Assembly: GCA_017557525.1 (NCBI GenBank)
Contig: JAFYYN010000013.1
Coordinates: forward strand, 4,788 to 68,787
Length of the DNA: 64,000 nt
Source of the DNA: Lachnospiraceae bacterium
GTDB lineage: Bacteria; Bacillota; Clostridia; Lachnospirales; Lachnospiraceae
Direction of reading: 5' to 3'
Positions 1-8,862 of the stretch are shown piece after piece; position 1 is the stretch's first letter; every line of letters begins with the position of its first letter. A model generated the notes under the pieces. The model made no database searches, was not told the origin of the DNA, and worked only from the letters and a program-made list of their open reading frames with translations. Both the position numbers and the translations under genes were made by a program.

Positions 1-30
1 GAGAAGGAGATAGGCAGCCTGAATCTTACG

Positions 31-1509
31 ATGACTACGAAGCTGGGGCATATGCACCATGGATGTGCCAAGATGATGGTATGTGCAGTGTTCTGTGTGC
101 TGATATCTGTAATGCTGGAAGCTGAGAACTGGGTAATAGCAGGGTGCACATATGGACTGGGAGATATAAGCAGAGCGATACAGTCGATACCTGAATACCA
201 GTCCTGCGTATTCAGCATATCTGTTTTTGGCTTTTTACTGATCTCTGTATTGTTTAAGACATGCTGTGCGGTCATGGTATCCTTGACAGTCTTTTTTATA
301 GCATGCAGAAGCAGGAGCCTGACCGGGCTGGCAGTGAGGCTGGCAGCGGTATTTGGCACAGAGGGCCTGTTTTACTATGTTATTCCGGGAAACAGCATAT
401 GGGGACTGATAAAGTATATCAATGTATTCGCCGGGATGGATTCATATGATATGCTGGGCAACTATATGAACCTGAACTTTTTCGGCTGTCCTGTCCGGTA
501 TCTGTCGGTATATATCGCTTTCATAGCTGTTACCATCCTGTTATCCGGCGTTCTGGGGCTGAGGGCATATGCGGATACGCAGTCGCTTCCGTCATCAGGA
601 AAGATAAAGCTGCTTACCTTGCCCGTGAAGAAAAGCTCCGTTATTGTTCAGGAGTGTTACAGGTATTTTATCTGCGAGCATGCTGCACTGATACTTTTAG
701 CCTTTGCCGTGGCGCGCGCAGTGACCTTCAGTCCGGTAAAGGAGTCGTTTGCCTTTCAGGAGGACGTATATTACAAGCAGTATATGCTGAAGCTGGAGGG
801 GCAGCATTCCGATGGGAAGGAAAAGGAGATAGAAGCGGAAGAAGCACTGTATGCAGAGATAACCGCAAAGGCCGATGAGGCATCGGCAGCAGCCGGAGAT
901 GAAAAAATAAGAGGCCTGATCTGGATGAAGTACAGGGAAGAGACAGATCATTTCAAGGTGCTCTACAAGGTAAGGGACCAGGCACAGTATCTGAAGGAGA
1001 AGGATGGAGCTTTCCTGTATGACCAGGGATACAGGATACTGGCAGGAGAGGACTCCGGCAGAGAGCAGGATATGCTGCTGGGACTTGCGGCAGGCATTAT
1101 GCTGGTGATATGCAGTACGTTTATGTACGGGTCTGACTATCAGGCAGGGACTGACAAAATGATAAGAGCCACGAGGAGAGGAAGGGCATATCTTTTCGCG
1201 AGACGTGAACTGATAGGGACTGTCGCGCTACTGGCTGTATTCGCGGTGACATATTTACCATATACAATGAGTGTTCTAAGTGCATATGGTTCTCAGGGGC
1301 TTGATTTCCCGGCATGCTCGGTAAGGTGCCTGGAGCAGTATCCTCACTGGGTAACCCTGAGGATGTACCTTATAGGACTTAATGTATTCAGGTCCTTAGT
1401 CATGTGGAGCGGTATGAACCTTCTGTGGTACATATCTGCTAAATTAAGAAGCATGAGCTATACATTCGTCATCGGGCTGGGGATGTGCGCGGTCTATGTA
1501 TTTATCTGA
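31..1509 (+). CDS. polytopic integral membrane protein, function unknown; may be 5'-truncated by the window edge
   Basis: 492-codon ORF. Hydrophobic helix clusters at both ends flank a charged soluble segment (KEKEIEAEEALYAEITAKADEAS). The frame stays open upstream to nt 1. No diagnostic motif recognised. Confidence 0.45.
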   Translation: MTTKLGHMHHGCAKMMVCAVFCVLISVMLEAENWVIAGCTYGLGDISRAIQSIPEYQSCVFSISVFGFLLISVLFKTCCAVMVSLTVFFIACRSRSLTGLAVRLAAVFGTEGLFYYVIPGNSIWGLIKYINVFAGMDSYDMLGNYMNLNFFGCPVRYLSVYIAFIAVTILLSGVLGLRAYADTQSLPSSGKIKLLTLPVKKSSVIVQECYRYFICEHAALILLAFAVARAVTFSPVKESFAFQEDVYYKQYMLKLEGQHSDGKEKEIEAEEALYAEITAKADEASAAAGDEKIRGLIWMKYREETDHFKVLYKVRDQAQYLKEKDGAFLYDQGYRILAGEDSGREQDMLLGLAAGIMLVICSTFMYGSDYQAGTDKMIRATRRGRAYLFARRELIGTVALLAVFAVTYLPYTMSVLSAYGSQGLDFPACSVRCLEQYPHWVTLRMYLIGLNVFRSLVMWSGMNLLWYISAKLRSMSYTFVIGLGMCAVYVFI

Positions 1510-1693
1510 AGCGGGCTTTAAAGCCTAACAGGGCATTTAACTGTTTTGAACTATTGAAATAGAGTGCTGAGTCTGATATACTTGAAGACGATGAATAACA
1601 TAGGACTGGATGTGCCTTATGGGAAAAGCTAGAAATCCAATAACTATGGATAGTCTGTTTGAAAATAGTACTGGTATTTTACATATGTGAATA

Positions 1694-1735
1694 TTGCACA
1701 AAAATCCATGTGAAATTTTGTGCAATATTTTTTTG
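1694..1735 (+). promoter_or_regulatory. conserved leader palindrome / terminator-like hairpin upstream of sigma factor gene
   Basis: TTGCACAAAA-N12-TTTTGTGCAA is a perfect 10-bp inverted repeat followed by a T7 run, about 60 nt upstream of ATG 1794. A near-identical block lies at 61085-61123. Confidence 0.6.
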
Positions 1736-1793
1736 TAATTTTGTCCAAAAACAGGGTGTTTCTTTCGTTATATATAGTGAAGGGGTAAATAGA

Positions 1794-2366
1794 ATGAAAA
1801 ACCCGGATATTAATTCAGATGCCTTTATACAAAAACTATATATAGAATATGGCGAACTGGTATTGCGCGCCGCATACAGGGTGCTTGGTGACAGACATCT
1901 GGCGGAGGATGCCTTTCAGTTAGCTTTTATTTCTGTTGCCCAAAATCCGGATAAGCTGCCGGAATCACCCGATGAAAGAGCGGCCTATATGGTAAGAACA
2001 GCGGTTAATGCCGCAATAGATATATACCGGCATTATGATAAGATATGGAAAAATGAAATACCCATCAGGGACAACGAGGATTCCGGTGAGAGTGAGGCAG
2101 TAAGCAGTGGCGGATATTTCAGGGAATGGAGAACAGAATCATTTGAGGATGAGGTACTTGAAAAAATAGAGATAGAGAAACTGTTTATGGAACTAAATAA
2201 AACGGGAAAAGATGATGGAACAATCATAAAGGAACATGTATTTGAAGAACTGACGATGAAAGAGATAGCGGCGCGACACAATATGCCGGAAGAAAAAGTT
2301 TGGAAACGCTATTACCGCAGCATTAAAAAAATAAAGGAGGAACTAAAAAATGGGAAAATATACTGA
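1794..2366 (+). CDS. sigma-70 family (ECF-like) RNA polymerase sigma factor
   Basis: 190 aa. Region-2-like AEDAFQLAFISV and region-4 HTH LTMKEIAARHNMPEEKVWKRYYRSIKKIKEEL. ATG 1794 is preceded by GAAGGGG. The ORF-track start at 1659 runs through the leader hairpin. Confidence 0.8.
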   Translation: MKNPDINSDAFIQKLYIEYGELVLRAAYRVLGDRHLAEDAFQLAFISVAQNPDKLPESPDERAAYMVRTAVNAAIDIYRHYDKIWKNEIPIRDNEDSGESEAVSSGGYFREWRTESFEDEVLEKIEIEKLFMELNKTGKDDGTIIKEHVFEELTMKEIAARHNMPEEKVWKRYYRSIKKIKEELKNGKIY

Positions 2367-3102
2367 TAGTACAACAAAATATACTAAACTGGGGGGGGGT
2401 ATGAAAGAGAATGAAGGTATAACCTTAAAAGAGGCTATAAAGCTATACTATGGTGAGGTAACTCTTTCTGAAGAAGAGGAAAGAGAAGTAGATGAAATGC
2501 TGCGCGAAATAGAAGAAAGCGGATTTTTAGAAAAATGTAAGGAGGTGGCAAGACAGAAGCAAAAGGAAAGGGAAAAGAAATTTGTTCATATAGGACGTTG
2601 GTGTATCAGTAAGGCAGCCTGCCTGATAATAGCAGTACTCATAGTAGGTTTACTTGGTGGCACTGCGTATGCAGCTGTTAGGAGCCATATCAGGGAAATT
2701 GAAGTTAATGTGAATGGAGATCATTCTGAGGTTGAAGTACATTACAATGACTCGACAGATGAGACTCTGTCTGTAATTAAGGATTACTATTTGCCTATAT
2801 GGGTTCCTGAAGGTTACTGGTTAGAAGCTGAATATAGACTTAATGAAAGACATTATAAGGTTACCTATGTCAACGAAGATGATGAAGATAGAATTAATTA
2901 TAACCAATATCTTCCAGCGGTAAATATCTATTACGGTGCTGAAGAAGGCATACATGAAAATGTTTCTTTTGGCAAATATACTGGAGAGTATATAGACTCA
3001 CAGTCAACCCATTATCTTATAGTTACTGATGGGACCTATCTTTACAGTATTATCTCTAAAAAGATCGATAAAGAAACTATGATGAAAATGATAGGAAATT
3101 AA
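2350..3102 (+). CDS. membrane-anchored anti-sigma factor-like protein (DUF4367-like extracytoplasmic domain)
   Basis: Charged N-domain, one TM helix (ISKAACLIIAVLIVGLLGGTAYAAV) and a C-domain with LPIWVPEGYWLEAEY. Overlaps the sigma stop by 17 nt. AAGGAGG lies 9 nt upstream of ATG 2350, and there is an alternative in-frame ATG at 2401. Confidence 0.6.
   Translation: MGKYTDSTTKYTKLGGGMKENEGITLKEAIKLYYGEVTLSEEEEREVDEMLREIEESGFLEKCKEVARQKQKEREKKFVHIGRWCISKAACLIIAVLIVGLLGGTAYAAVRSHIREIEVNVNGDHSEVEVHYNDSTDETLSVIKDYYLPIWVPEGYWLEAEYRLNERHYKVTYVNEDDEDRINYNQYLPAVNIYYGAEEGIHENVSFGKYTGEYIDSQSTHYLIVTDGTYLYSIISKKIDKETMMKMIGN
2391..2399 (+). repeat. G9 homopolymer tract
   Basis: Nine consecutive G read directly from the sequence (ctGGGGGGGGGtATG). 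It lies inside the anti-sigma ORF if ATG 2350 is used. Confidence 0.95.
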
Positions 3103-3131
3103 CTAAAAATATACGAAGGAGATTAACAACC

Positions 3132-3566
3132 ATGAAAAAATTATTGTTTTTACTTGTCACTTTAATTATCGGAGGCTTATTTCCTGTTTCAATGTTGATG
3201 CCTGAGACTAAGATAAGCGCAGAAGAGATTGAAACTGATGTCATAATAGATGAAGATGAACCTTACGCATTGGTTCGGAGTGCAAGTTGCTGCGTATCAA
3301 TATCATCAGGTACAGCAACTGTTAGTTCCAGTGTGACAGGGGAAAATGGTGTATCGTCAACAAGCCTGACAGTGTATCTTGAAAAGTTTGTCGCCGGATC
3401 CTGGCAACCTTATATGTCATGGTCTCATAGCGGAGGCGCTGTACAGGGAAATACGGATTCAACAAGCGTATCGTCTGGTGCTTACAGAGTATGGATGTCC
3501 GTAACGGCAACTGGTACCGATGGAACGGAATCATTTAATGTTGACGGCAATACTGCAGGTTGCTGA
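3132..3566 (+). CDS. small secreted Ser/Thr-rich protein, unknown function
   Basis: Signal peptide MKKLLFLLVTLIIGGLFPVSMLM and RBS GAAGGAG. The C-terminal 40 aa have a decayed paralog at 61534-61659. Confidence 0.6.
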   Translation: MKKLLFLLVTLIIGGLFPVSMLMPETKISAEEIETDVIIDEDEPYALVRSASCCVSISSGTATVSSSVTGENGVSSTSLTVYLEKFVAGSWQPYMSWSHSGGAVQGNTDSTSVSSGAYRVWMSVTATGTDGTESFNVDGNTAGC

Positions 3567-3736
3567 CATTAAGTGATTATTGGGGAAAGGGGTGAGACCA
3601 TTGTGGTATTTAAGATATTAAAAAAGGATTGGCTGAAGATAAGCGGTTGATACAATGGAAATAACAGGTTAGGATAGAATCAATTTAAAAATAGGATTTT
3701 AGTGATGTGTAAGATTACATCAGGAAGGAGTTATGA

Positions 3737-4069
3737 ATGAAAAAATTAGTAGCAGTCGTAATATTCGTTGGAGTTTTATTATTTAATTCAATACCGGTAT
3801 ATGCTGATTCCCACCCGAATCCAGCAGGGGGATATTGTGTGAAAACAGAAAGATATTGGACAGAAAATGGGCTGGCAAATTATTATGTAGGTACCCATGA
3901 GTATATTAATGGGTATTGCACAGTATATTATTACAGGATTAGCCATAGGAAGCATTGTGGTTATTGTGGTGCTATAATTAGCGATAATGTAATATTCCCA
4001 TGTACAGAAAATCATACTAACTGCTCCTTTGGTTATATAAAAGGTTGTACTGCTCCTTTTAATGATTAA
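3737..4069 (+). CDS. small secreted cysteine-rich protein, unknown function
   Basis: Signal peptide MKKLVAVVIFVGVLLFNSIPVYA, then a mature part of about 86 aa with 7 Cys plus several His/Tyr. GGAAGGAG lies 6 nt upstream of the ATG. Confidence 0.55.
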   Translation: MKKLVAVVIFVGVLLFNSIPVYADSHPNPAGGYCVKTERYWTENGLANYYVGTHEYINGYCTVYYYRISHRKHCGYCGAIISDNVIFPCTENHTNCSFGYIKGCTAPFND

Positions 4070-4092
4070 TATACGGAGAGGAATCTTTGAAT

Positions 4093-6285
4093 ATGACTAA
4101 AAATATTAAAATGTTTCTATCTTTAATATTGATATCCTTGCATATATTTTTAATTTCAGCTTGTGGAAGTTCTAACGAAGTACATGATGTGCAAGACGAT
4201 ATAGAAATAAAAAAAGAAGATAACAAAATTAATGATTCATCCACAGATGTTAATTATTTTTTTGACCGGAATAATAGTGAAATAAATGATGATTTAGCCA
4301 ACATGTATTATAAATCTGAAGCCATGATAACAGATATGGTAGCAGATAGTACGGGCAATTTATATTTTTTGAAAGGGAACGATTCCGGTAATACTTTTTA
4401 TGAGGCAGTATTAAAGGATGAAACTATCAGTAGCTATTACGATGAGTACTGTCGTTGCCTTTGCCTGGATGAAGAATCGAATGTATTCTACACATATAAT
4501 TACTCCGATAAGCGTATTGAAATCAGAAATAAGAAGTTCGAATATGTAAAAACCGTTATTGATGGTTTTGATCCGTTTGAAGTAAAAAAAATAATTGCAA
4601 TCGATAATAAACTATATGTTTTAGTCGTTTTTCAAAATCCGTTTGAAATGCAAGAAAATGCCTATATTGATAATCCGGACGAGTATGTAGATTATGGTGA
4701 AAAACTGTTAAAAATATCATTGGAAGATGGGAAAAAGGAATATCTGGATATAAATAACATAATTACAATGTGCGAATCTGATAGCCGCTACATTTATCTT
4801 TATTCCTATAGAAATGATTCATATAGGATTGAGGTATACGATACAGTATCGGAAAAGATAGTTTATTCAATAGAAACAGAGGAACTTGGATATATATTTT
4901 CTATAGCAGTATCAGGCGAAGATATTTTTTATGTTTCAAATACTTCAAATGGGTTATGCAGGTATAATATAAAAACCAAAGAGACACGTTGCTTGATACA
5001 AGGCGTAATTGTAGCGGGTCAATGTGATTTTGATATTCATGGGAGATATCTTATCGTTGAAGATAGATCGGACTGGACGATCAGGGCATTAGACTTAATT
5101 TCCGGGAAAATCAGCAAAGGCAATGGTACGTCTGTAGATGGGTACAAGGACGCAGAGGTGTTGATTGCCGCGTCAGATATTTATAATTTTATCCCTGCGC
5201 CATTAAAAGATATTTCGGATTCTAGTGGGATACAGATTAATACAATGGTTTCACCTGACTACGACTACATTGGATTTAATGAAGAACTGATGGTTCAGCT
5301 AATGTCAGGTAATCCTGAAGTAGATATATTCATACTGAGCACAACCGAACCATATTCACAGAAGATATCAAATGACGGCGTATGTTATCCGTTAAACGGT
5401 TCTGAAACAATCTTAAATGATAACAATGCTTTCTTTGATAATATCAGCAGTAAATTCAGGACAGCCGGCGGCAATATATGGGGTATACCTTTGAATTCCT
5501 ATATGGAAGTGATGGTGGCTTCACCCAAAAACATGGAAAACAGAGGTATTTCAACAGATATTTTTAAGGACTATACCTGTTTTATGGATGAAATGAAGCG
5601 TCTAGATAATAGGGATGGGATATATGTAAATGGATATGACTATGGATTTGCCCTTACGTCCAACTATATAACCAATAATCATACAGATTTTAAGAGCCTG
5701 CTGTTCAGGCATTTCTTTGAAACGATGTGGACGGGCTGGAATTATAATGAGAGTATGCATTTTAGTAATAATCCATATTTAGGAGAGATAACAGACAACA
5801 CGATAACAGTATATGATAATAAGGCATTGATCGATCCTGACACTACGCTGTTCCATCTGGTTGCCGCGAATGAACTGCTGAATAACGAAGGGTGGAGTGA
5901 CGAATTTGACATTTATGGACTCCCGCTGTTAGACGAAAATGATAAGCAGTGTATTTCTTTGTATCAGGTGGCGGTAATAAATCCAAACAGCAAAAATAAA
6001 GAAAACGCGGTCAAGGTGCTGGAAACGATATCGGATTACCTGCGTGATAATGGTAAGCTTGGAGTGGTATATAAAGACCGTTCAAGATACAGCAGTGTTA
6101 TAGATACAGATTCTAAATTGTTCAATTCTTTGTATGATCTGACAAAAGATGCATTGGTAACAGTTCATGGGATCACAAATGATGTGATGATGAATGAGGT
6201 TGAATCATATAAAAACGGAGATATCGATCTCGATACTGCTATAAGCTCTATACAGCGCAAAGAGGATATTTATCTGTATGAATAG
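4093..6285 (+). CDS. lipoprotein: N-terminal beta-propeller-like repeats fused to an ABC extracellular solute-binding-like domain
   Basis: Lipobox LISACGS. The N-half has repeated hydrophobic-YF/YV strand motifs (NLYFLKG, NVFYTYN, KLYVLVV, YIYLYSY, DIFYVSN, RYLIVED). The C-half resembles family-1 SBPs. Its stop overlaps the first permease gene. Confidence 0.6.
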   Translation: MTKNIKMFLSLILISLHIFLISACGSSNEVHDVQDDIEIKKEDNKINDSSTDVNYFFDRNNSEINDDLANMYYKSEAMITDMVADSTGNLYFLKGNDSGNTFYEAVLKDETISSYYDEYCRCLCLDEESNVFYTYNYSDKRIEIRNKKFEYVKTVIDGFDPFEVKKIIAIDNKLYVLVVFQNPFEMQENAYIDNPDEYVDYGEKLLKISLEDGKKEYLDINNIITMCESDSRYIYLYSYRNDSYRIEVYDTVSEKIVYSIETEELGYIFSIAVSGEDIFYVSNTSNGLCRYNIKTKETRCLIQGVIVAGQCDFDIHGRYLIVEDRSDWTIRALDLISGKISKGNGTSVDGYKDAEVLIAASDIYNFIPAPLKDISDSSGIQINTMVSPDYDYIGFNEELMVQLMSGNPEVDIFILSTTEPYSQKISNDGVCYPLNGSETILNDNNAFFDNISSKFRTAGGNIWGIPLNSYMEVMVASPKNMENRGISTDIFKDYTCFMDEMKRLDNRDGIYVNGYDYGFALTSNYITNNHTDFKSLLFRHFFETMWTGWNYNESMHFSNNPYLGEITDNTITVYDNKALIDPDTTLFHLVAANELLNNEGWSDEFDIYGLPLLDENDKQCISLYQVAVINPNSKNKENAVKVLETISDYLRDNGKLGVVYKDRSRYSSVIDTDSKLFNSLYDLTKDALVTVHGITNDVMMNEVESYKNGDIDLDTAISSIQRKEDIYLYE

Positions 6286-7093
6286 GGTAAGGAAATGGAT
6301 TTTATTGGCATTGCCGGGAATGATAGGCTTTTTACTGATATATATAGTACCTTTCTTTGAAAGTACGTACTATTCTTTCCTTTCCGATATCTTTTCAAAG
6401 ATATTTGTATGGTTCGCGAATTATAAGAAGGTACTTGGCAATGAATACTTCTTGTTAGCCACAAGGAATACAGCTGTATTCCTTGTGGCCGGCTGTTTTT
6501 CTGTAATGATCATATCGATAGCTGTTTCGTACTGCCTGCTGCTGTTTTTCAAGAACAGTTCTCTGATAAAGGGAATAATGCTTGTGCCATTCCTGATCCC
6601 TTCAGCGGCAGTAGTAGCTGCATGGACTTATGTTTTTGATCCTGTTTATTACAGCTACAAGATTCCGGATGAAGGGTTTGGAGTATTTTTAGCGCAGGTG
6701 CCCATACTGGCTATATTTGTCTGGAAGAACTGCGGGCTTATGATCATCATAATCAATACGGCTATGCAGCGAGTGCCGGATGGGCTGATCGAGGCATCAA
6801 AGCTGGATGGCGCGGGAGTGATAAAGCGGCTTACGAAGATTATACTGCCGACCATAAGACAGAATCTGTTCTTTGCGCTGGTGCTTACCATGACGGAGAG
6901 CCTGAAGATCTATAAGGACTGCTACCTGTATTACAATACGGACTATCCGCCGAATGGTGCTTACTTTTTGCAGAATTACATGAACAACCACTTTGCTAAG
7001 CTGGATTATGAGTTGCTGACGACCGCGACTGTTATATTCGTAATTGCGGCTGGGTTAGCGGTGGGTGTTTTTTATCGGAGGCAGAGGGAGTGA
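6278..7093 (+). CDS. ABC transporter permease (CUT1/MalF-like)
   Basis: Six hydrophobic segments and the EAA loop EASKLDGAGVIKRLTKIILPTIRQN. Confidence 0.85.
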   Translation: MNRVRKWILLALPGMIGFLLIYIVPFFESTYYSFLSDIFSKIFVWFANYKKVLGNEYFLLATRNTAVFLVAGCFSVMIISIAVSYCLLLFFKNSSLIKGIMLVPFLIPSAAVVAAWTYVFDPVYYSYKIPDEGFGVFLAQVPILAIFVWKNCGLMIIIINTAMQRVPDGLIEASKLDGAGVIKRLTKIILPTIRQNLFFALVLTMTESLKIYKDCYLYYNTDYPPNGAYFLQNYMNNHFAKLDYELLTTATVIFVIAAGLAVGVFYRRQRE

Positions 7094-7145
7094 TGTCGTT
7101 CACAGGGAAGGTTCTGTGATCAATATAGGAAGCAGTGGTAGTGAT

Positions 7146-7886
7146 ATGATGAGAAAGATTCCGGTAGTATGTGCGTTTATAGTGTTATCGGTGTTTATAG
7201 CTCCGATATTATATATTCTGTATAAATCTTTTGGCGGTGATCAGTATTATGAGCTTGTGATAAATAACTATAGCTATTTTAAGTATGCGCTGAGGACCGT
7301 GGGGTATAGTGCTCTGTCAGGATTTTTGTCAGTAGTTATAGCTCTGCCTGTGGGATATCTGTTCGCGAAGGTGAGGTTCAGGTTCAGGAATATTATCTTC
7401 TATATTTACATACTTGTTATGCTGCTGCCGTTTCAGGCAACGCAGCTGTCAGGATATCTGCTTTTTAAAAGGCTGAATGTGATAGATGATCCGATAACCC
7501 TGATAGTCACTATGAGCTTCTCGCCACTTGCTGTATTCCTTATCAGGCAATGCCTGACAGCTTTGCCCGATGAGATCATAGATGCTTTTAGTCTGGAATC
7601 GAAATCGGTATTAAAGTTTTTGAGATATATCGTGATACCATATGCAATGCCGATGCTTTCGACTCTTTTCATGCTGACATTCTGTGCTACATACAGTATT
7701 GTGGAACAGGCGTACATATATATGCCGAAGAATGTTGAGGCGTACCCTTTGTCTGCCGTACTCGGCAGCCTGCCGGATGAATGTTATTTCGCGGGATGCG
7801 TGGTATATCTGCTGCCTGTGCTCCTGGTATATCTGGTGTTGGAAAAAAATATGCTGAAGGGCATGGAGTACTATCGCTGGAATTAG
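7146..7886 (+). CDS. ABC transporter permease (CUT1/MalG-like)
   Basis: EAA-like loop DAFSLESKSVLKFLRYIVIPYAMP. Start taken at the ATGATG after the upstream stop. Confidence 0.8.
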   Translation: MMRKIPVVCAFIVLSVFIAPILYILYKSFGGDQYYELVINNYSYFKYALRTVGYSALSGFLSVVIALPVGYLFAKVRFRFRNIIFYIYILVMLLPFQATQLSGYLLFKRLNVIDDPITLIVTMSFSPLAVFLIRQCLTALPDEIIDAFSLESKSVLKFLRYIVIPYAMPMLSTLFMLTFCATYSIVEQAYIYMPKNVEAYPLSAVLGSLPDECYFAGCVVYLLPVLLVYLVLEKNMLKGMEYYRWN

Positions 7887-7963
7887 AGATACTTAAAGAG
7901 CATGAAGTATTATCACCAAACCTGAGGATGCTTTGTTTCGTATACTGTAAGAGGTTGATATCT

Positions 7964-8368
7964 ATGAAGACTAAGAATGTTTTTAAATATCTATGGATAA
8001 TACTGCTGGCATTCCTGCTTGCCGTTTTCGGTATAATGGCTGTCTGGGGTAAGGAGATACATGAAAAGACCTGTCCGGAAGTGGAGACCGCCAGAGTGAA
8101 GACAGTGATGAGCGAAGACGTGAAATATACCTGTATCAGTAAAAGGTGTGTCCGTGATGGTAAAGTGTATGAGATATACAAACAGAAGGGATTCTTTAAT
8201 GACAATACGAGGGTAAAAGCTGTCAGTGTAGAAACGATGGATATTTTCCCTGAAGAGGATATGATAGCGATAACGTCCGGGATAGATGGCTCCGGCAGGA
8301 CATACTATGCGGTGCCGCCTATGGAGGGACTAGAGGACGGAGAAGCTGTGGTAATAGCCGGTAAGTGA
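7964..8368 (+). CDS. membrane-anchored small protein, unknown function
   Basis: N-terminal TM helix YLWIILLAFLLAVFGIMAVW and RBS AAGAGG. It is the last gene of the co-directional island. Confidence 0.5.
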   Translation: MKTKNVFKYLWIILLAFLLAVFGIMAVWGKEIHEKTCPEVETARVKTVMSEDVKYTCISKRCVRDGKVYEIYKQKGFFNDNTRVKAVSVETMDIFPEEDMIAITSGIDGSGRTYYAVPPMEGLEDGEAVVIAGK

Positions 8369-8430
8369 AAAAAGTCCTCAAAACAGGTTTCGCGGAGACA
8401 ATTTTGGGGGAGCCTGTGAAAAATTATTAG

Positions 8431-8459
8431 TTGACAAATATTAAAAATTGTGATTTAAT
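8431..8459 (+). promoter_or_regulatory. sigma-A type promoter of the T-box/trpB2 unit
   Basis: TTGACA, 17-nt spacer, TGaTTTAAT extended -10. Confidence 0.55.
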
Positions 8460-8464
8460 GAATT

Positions 8465-8846
8465 AAACCGTTGAAGAAGAGGAGTAACTTTCGGTTGATT
8501 CTTCTCAGAGAGCCGCAGGTGGTGGGATTGTGGCAGGGATGACGATTGTGAATGGACTTCTGAGGGCGAACGGAAATACATTTTGAATGCCGGTATTCTT
8601 TGGATTCTTGCAATTTGAAATGTAAAGTATGGGAGACGCAGCAGACACTGCGTAAAAAAATGTCATCATATGAAGGTATTGGACGATTATCTGATGTACC
8701 GGGTTAGTTTGGAGAATGGATAGCGTATATTATGTCGGTTCATATCGGAGTATGAGTGAGAGGGTGTTATTACACCAAGCCGGGTGGCACCGCAGGTTAA
8801 ATGAATTTACCTGTCCCAGCAGTAACTACTGTTGGGGCATTTTTAT
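8465..8846 (+). promoter_or_regulatory. T-box riboswitch leader, probable Trp (UGG) specifier
   Basis: In canonical order: AGTA, AGAGAG (8507-8512), distal GGTGGTGGGA, specifier-like GAA-TGG-A (TGG at 8553-8555), T-box motif AAGCCGGGTGGCACCGCAGG (8777-8796), then terminator CCCAGCAGT-aact-ACTGTTGGG plus T-run (8815-8846). Confidence 0.8.
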
Positions 8847-8862
8847 TTGTCCCAACGAGAAA

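Noticed and set aside
7687-8205. Long antisense or alternative-frame ORFs: 7687-8205(-), 35237-35602(-), 42793-43305(-), 43556-44086(-), 49801-50298(-), 54660-55130(-), 58507-59094(-), and many of 60-130 aa.
   Set aside because: All lie entirely within, or opposite to, well-supported genes with recognisable motifs. They have no RBS or family features and are typical shadow ORFs.
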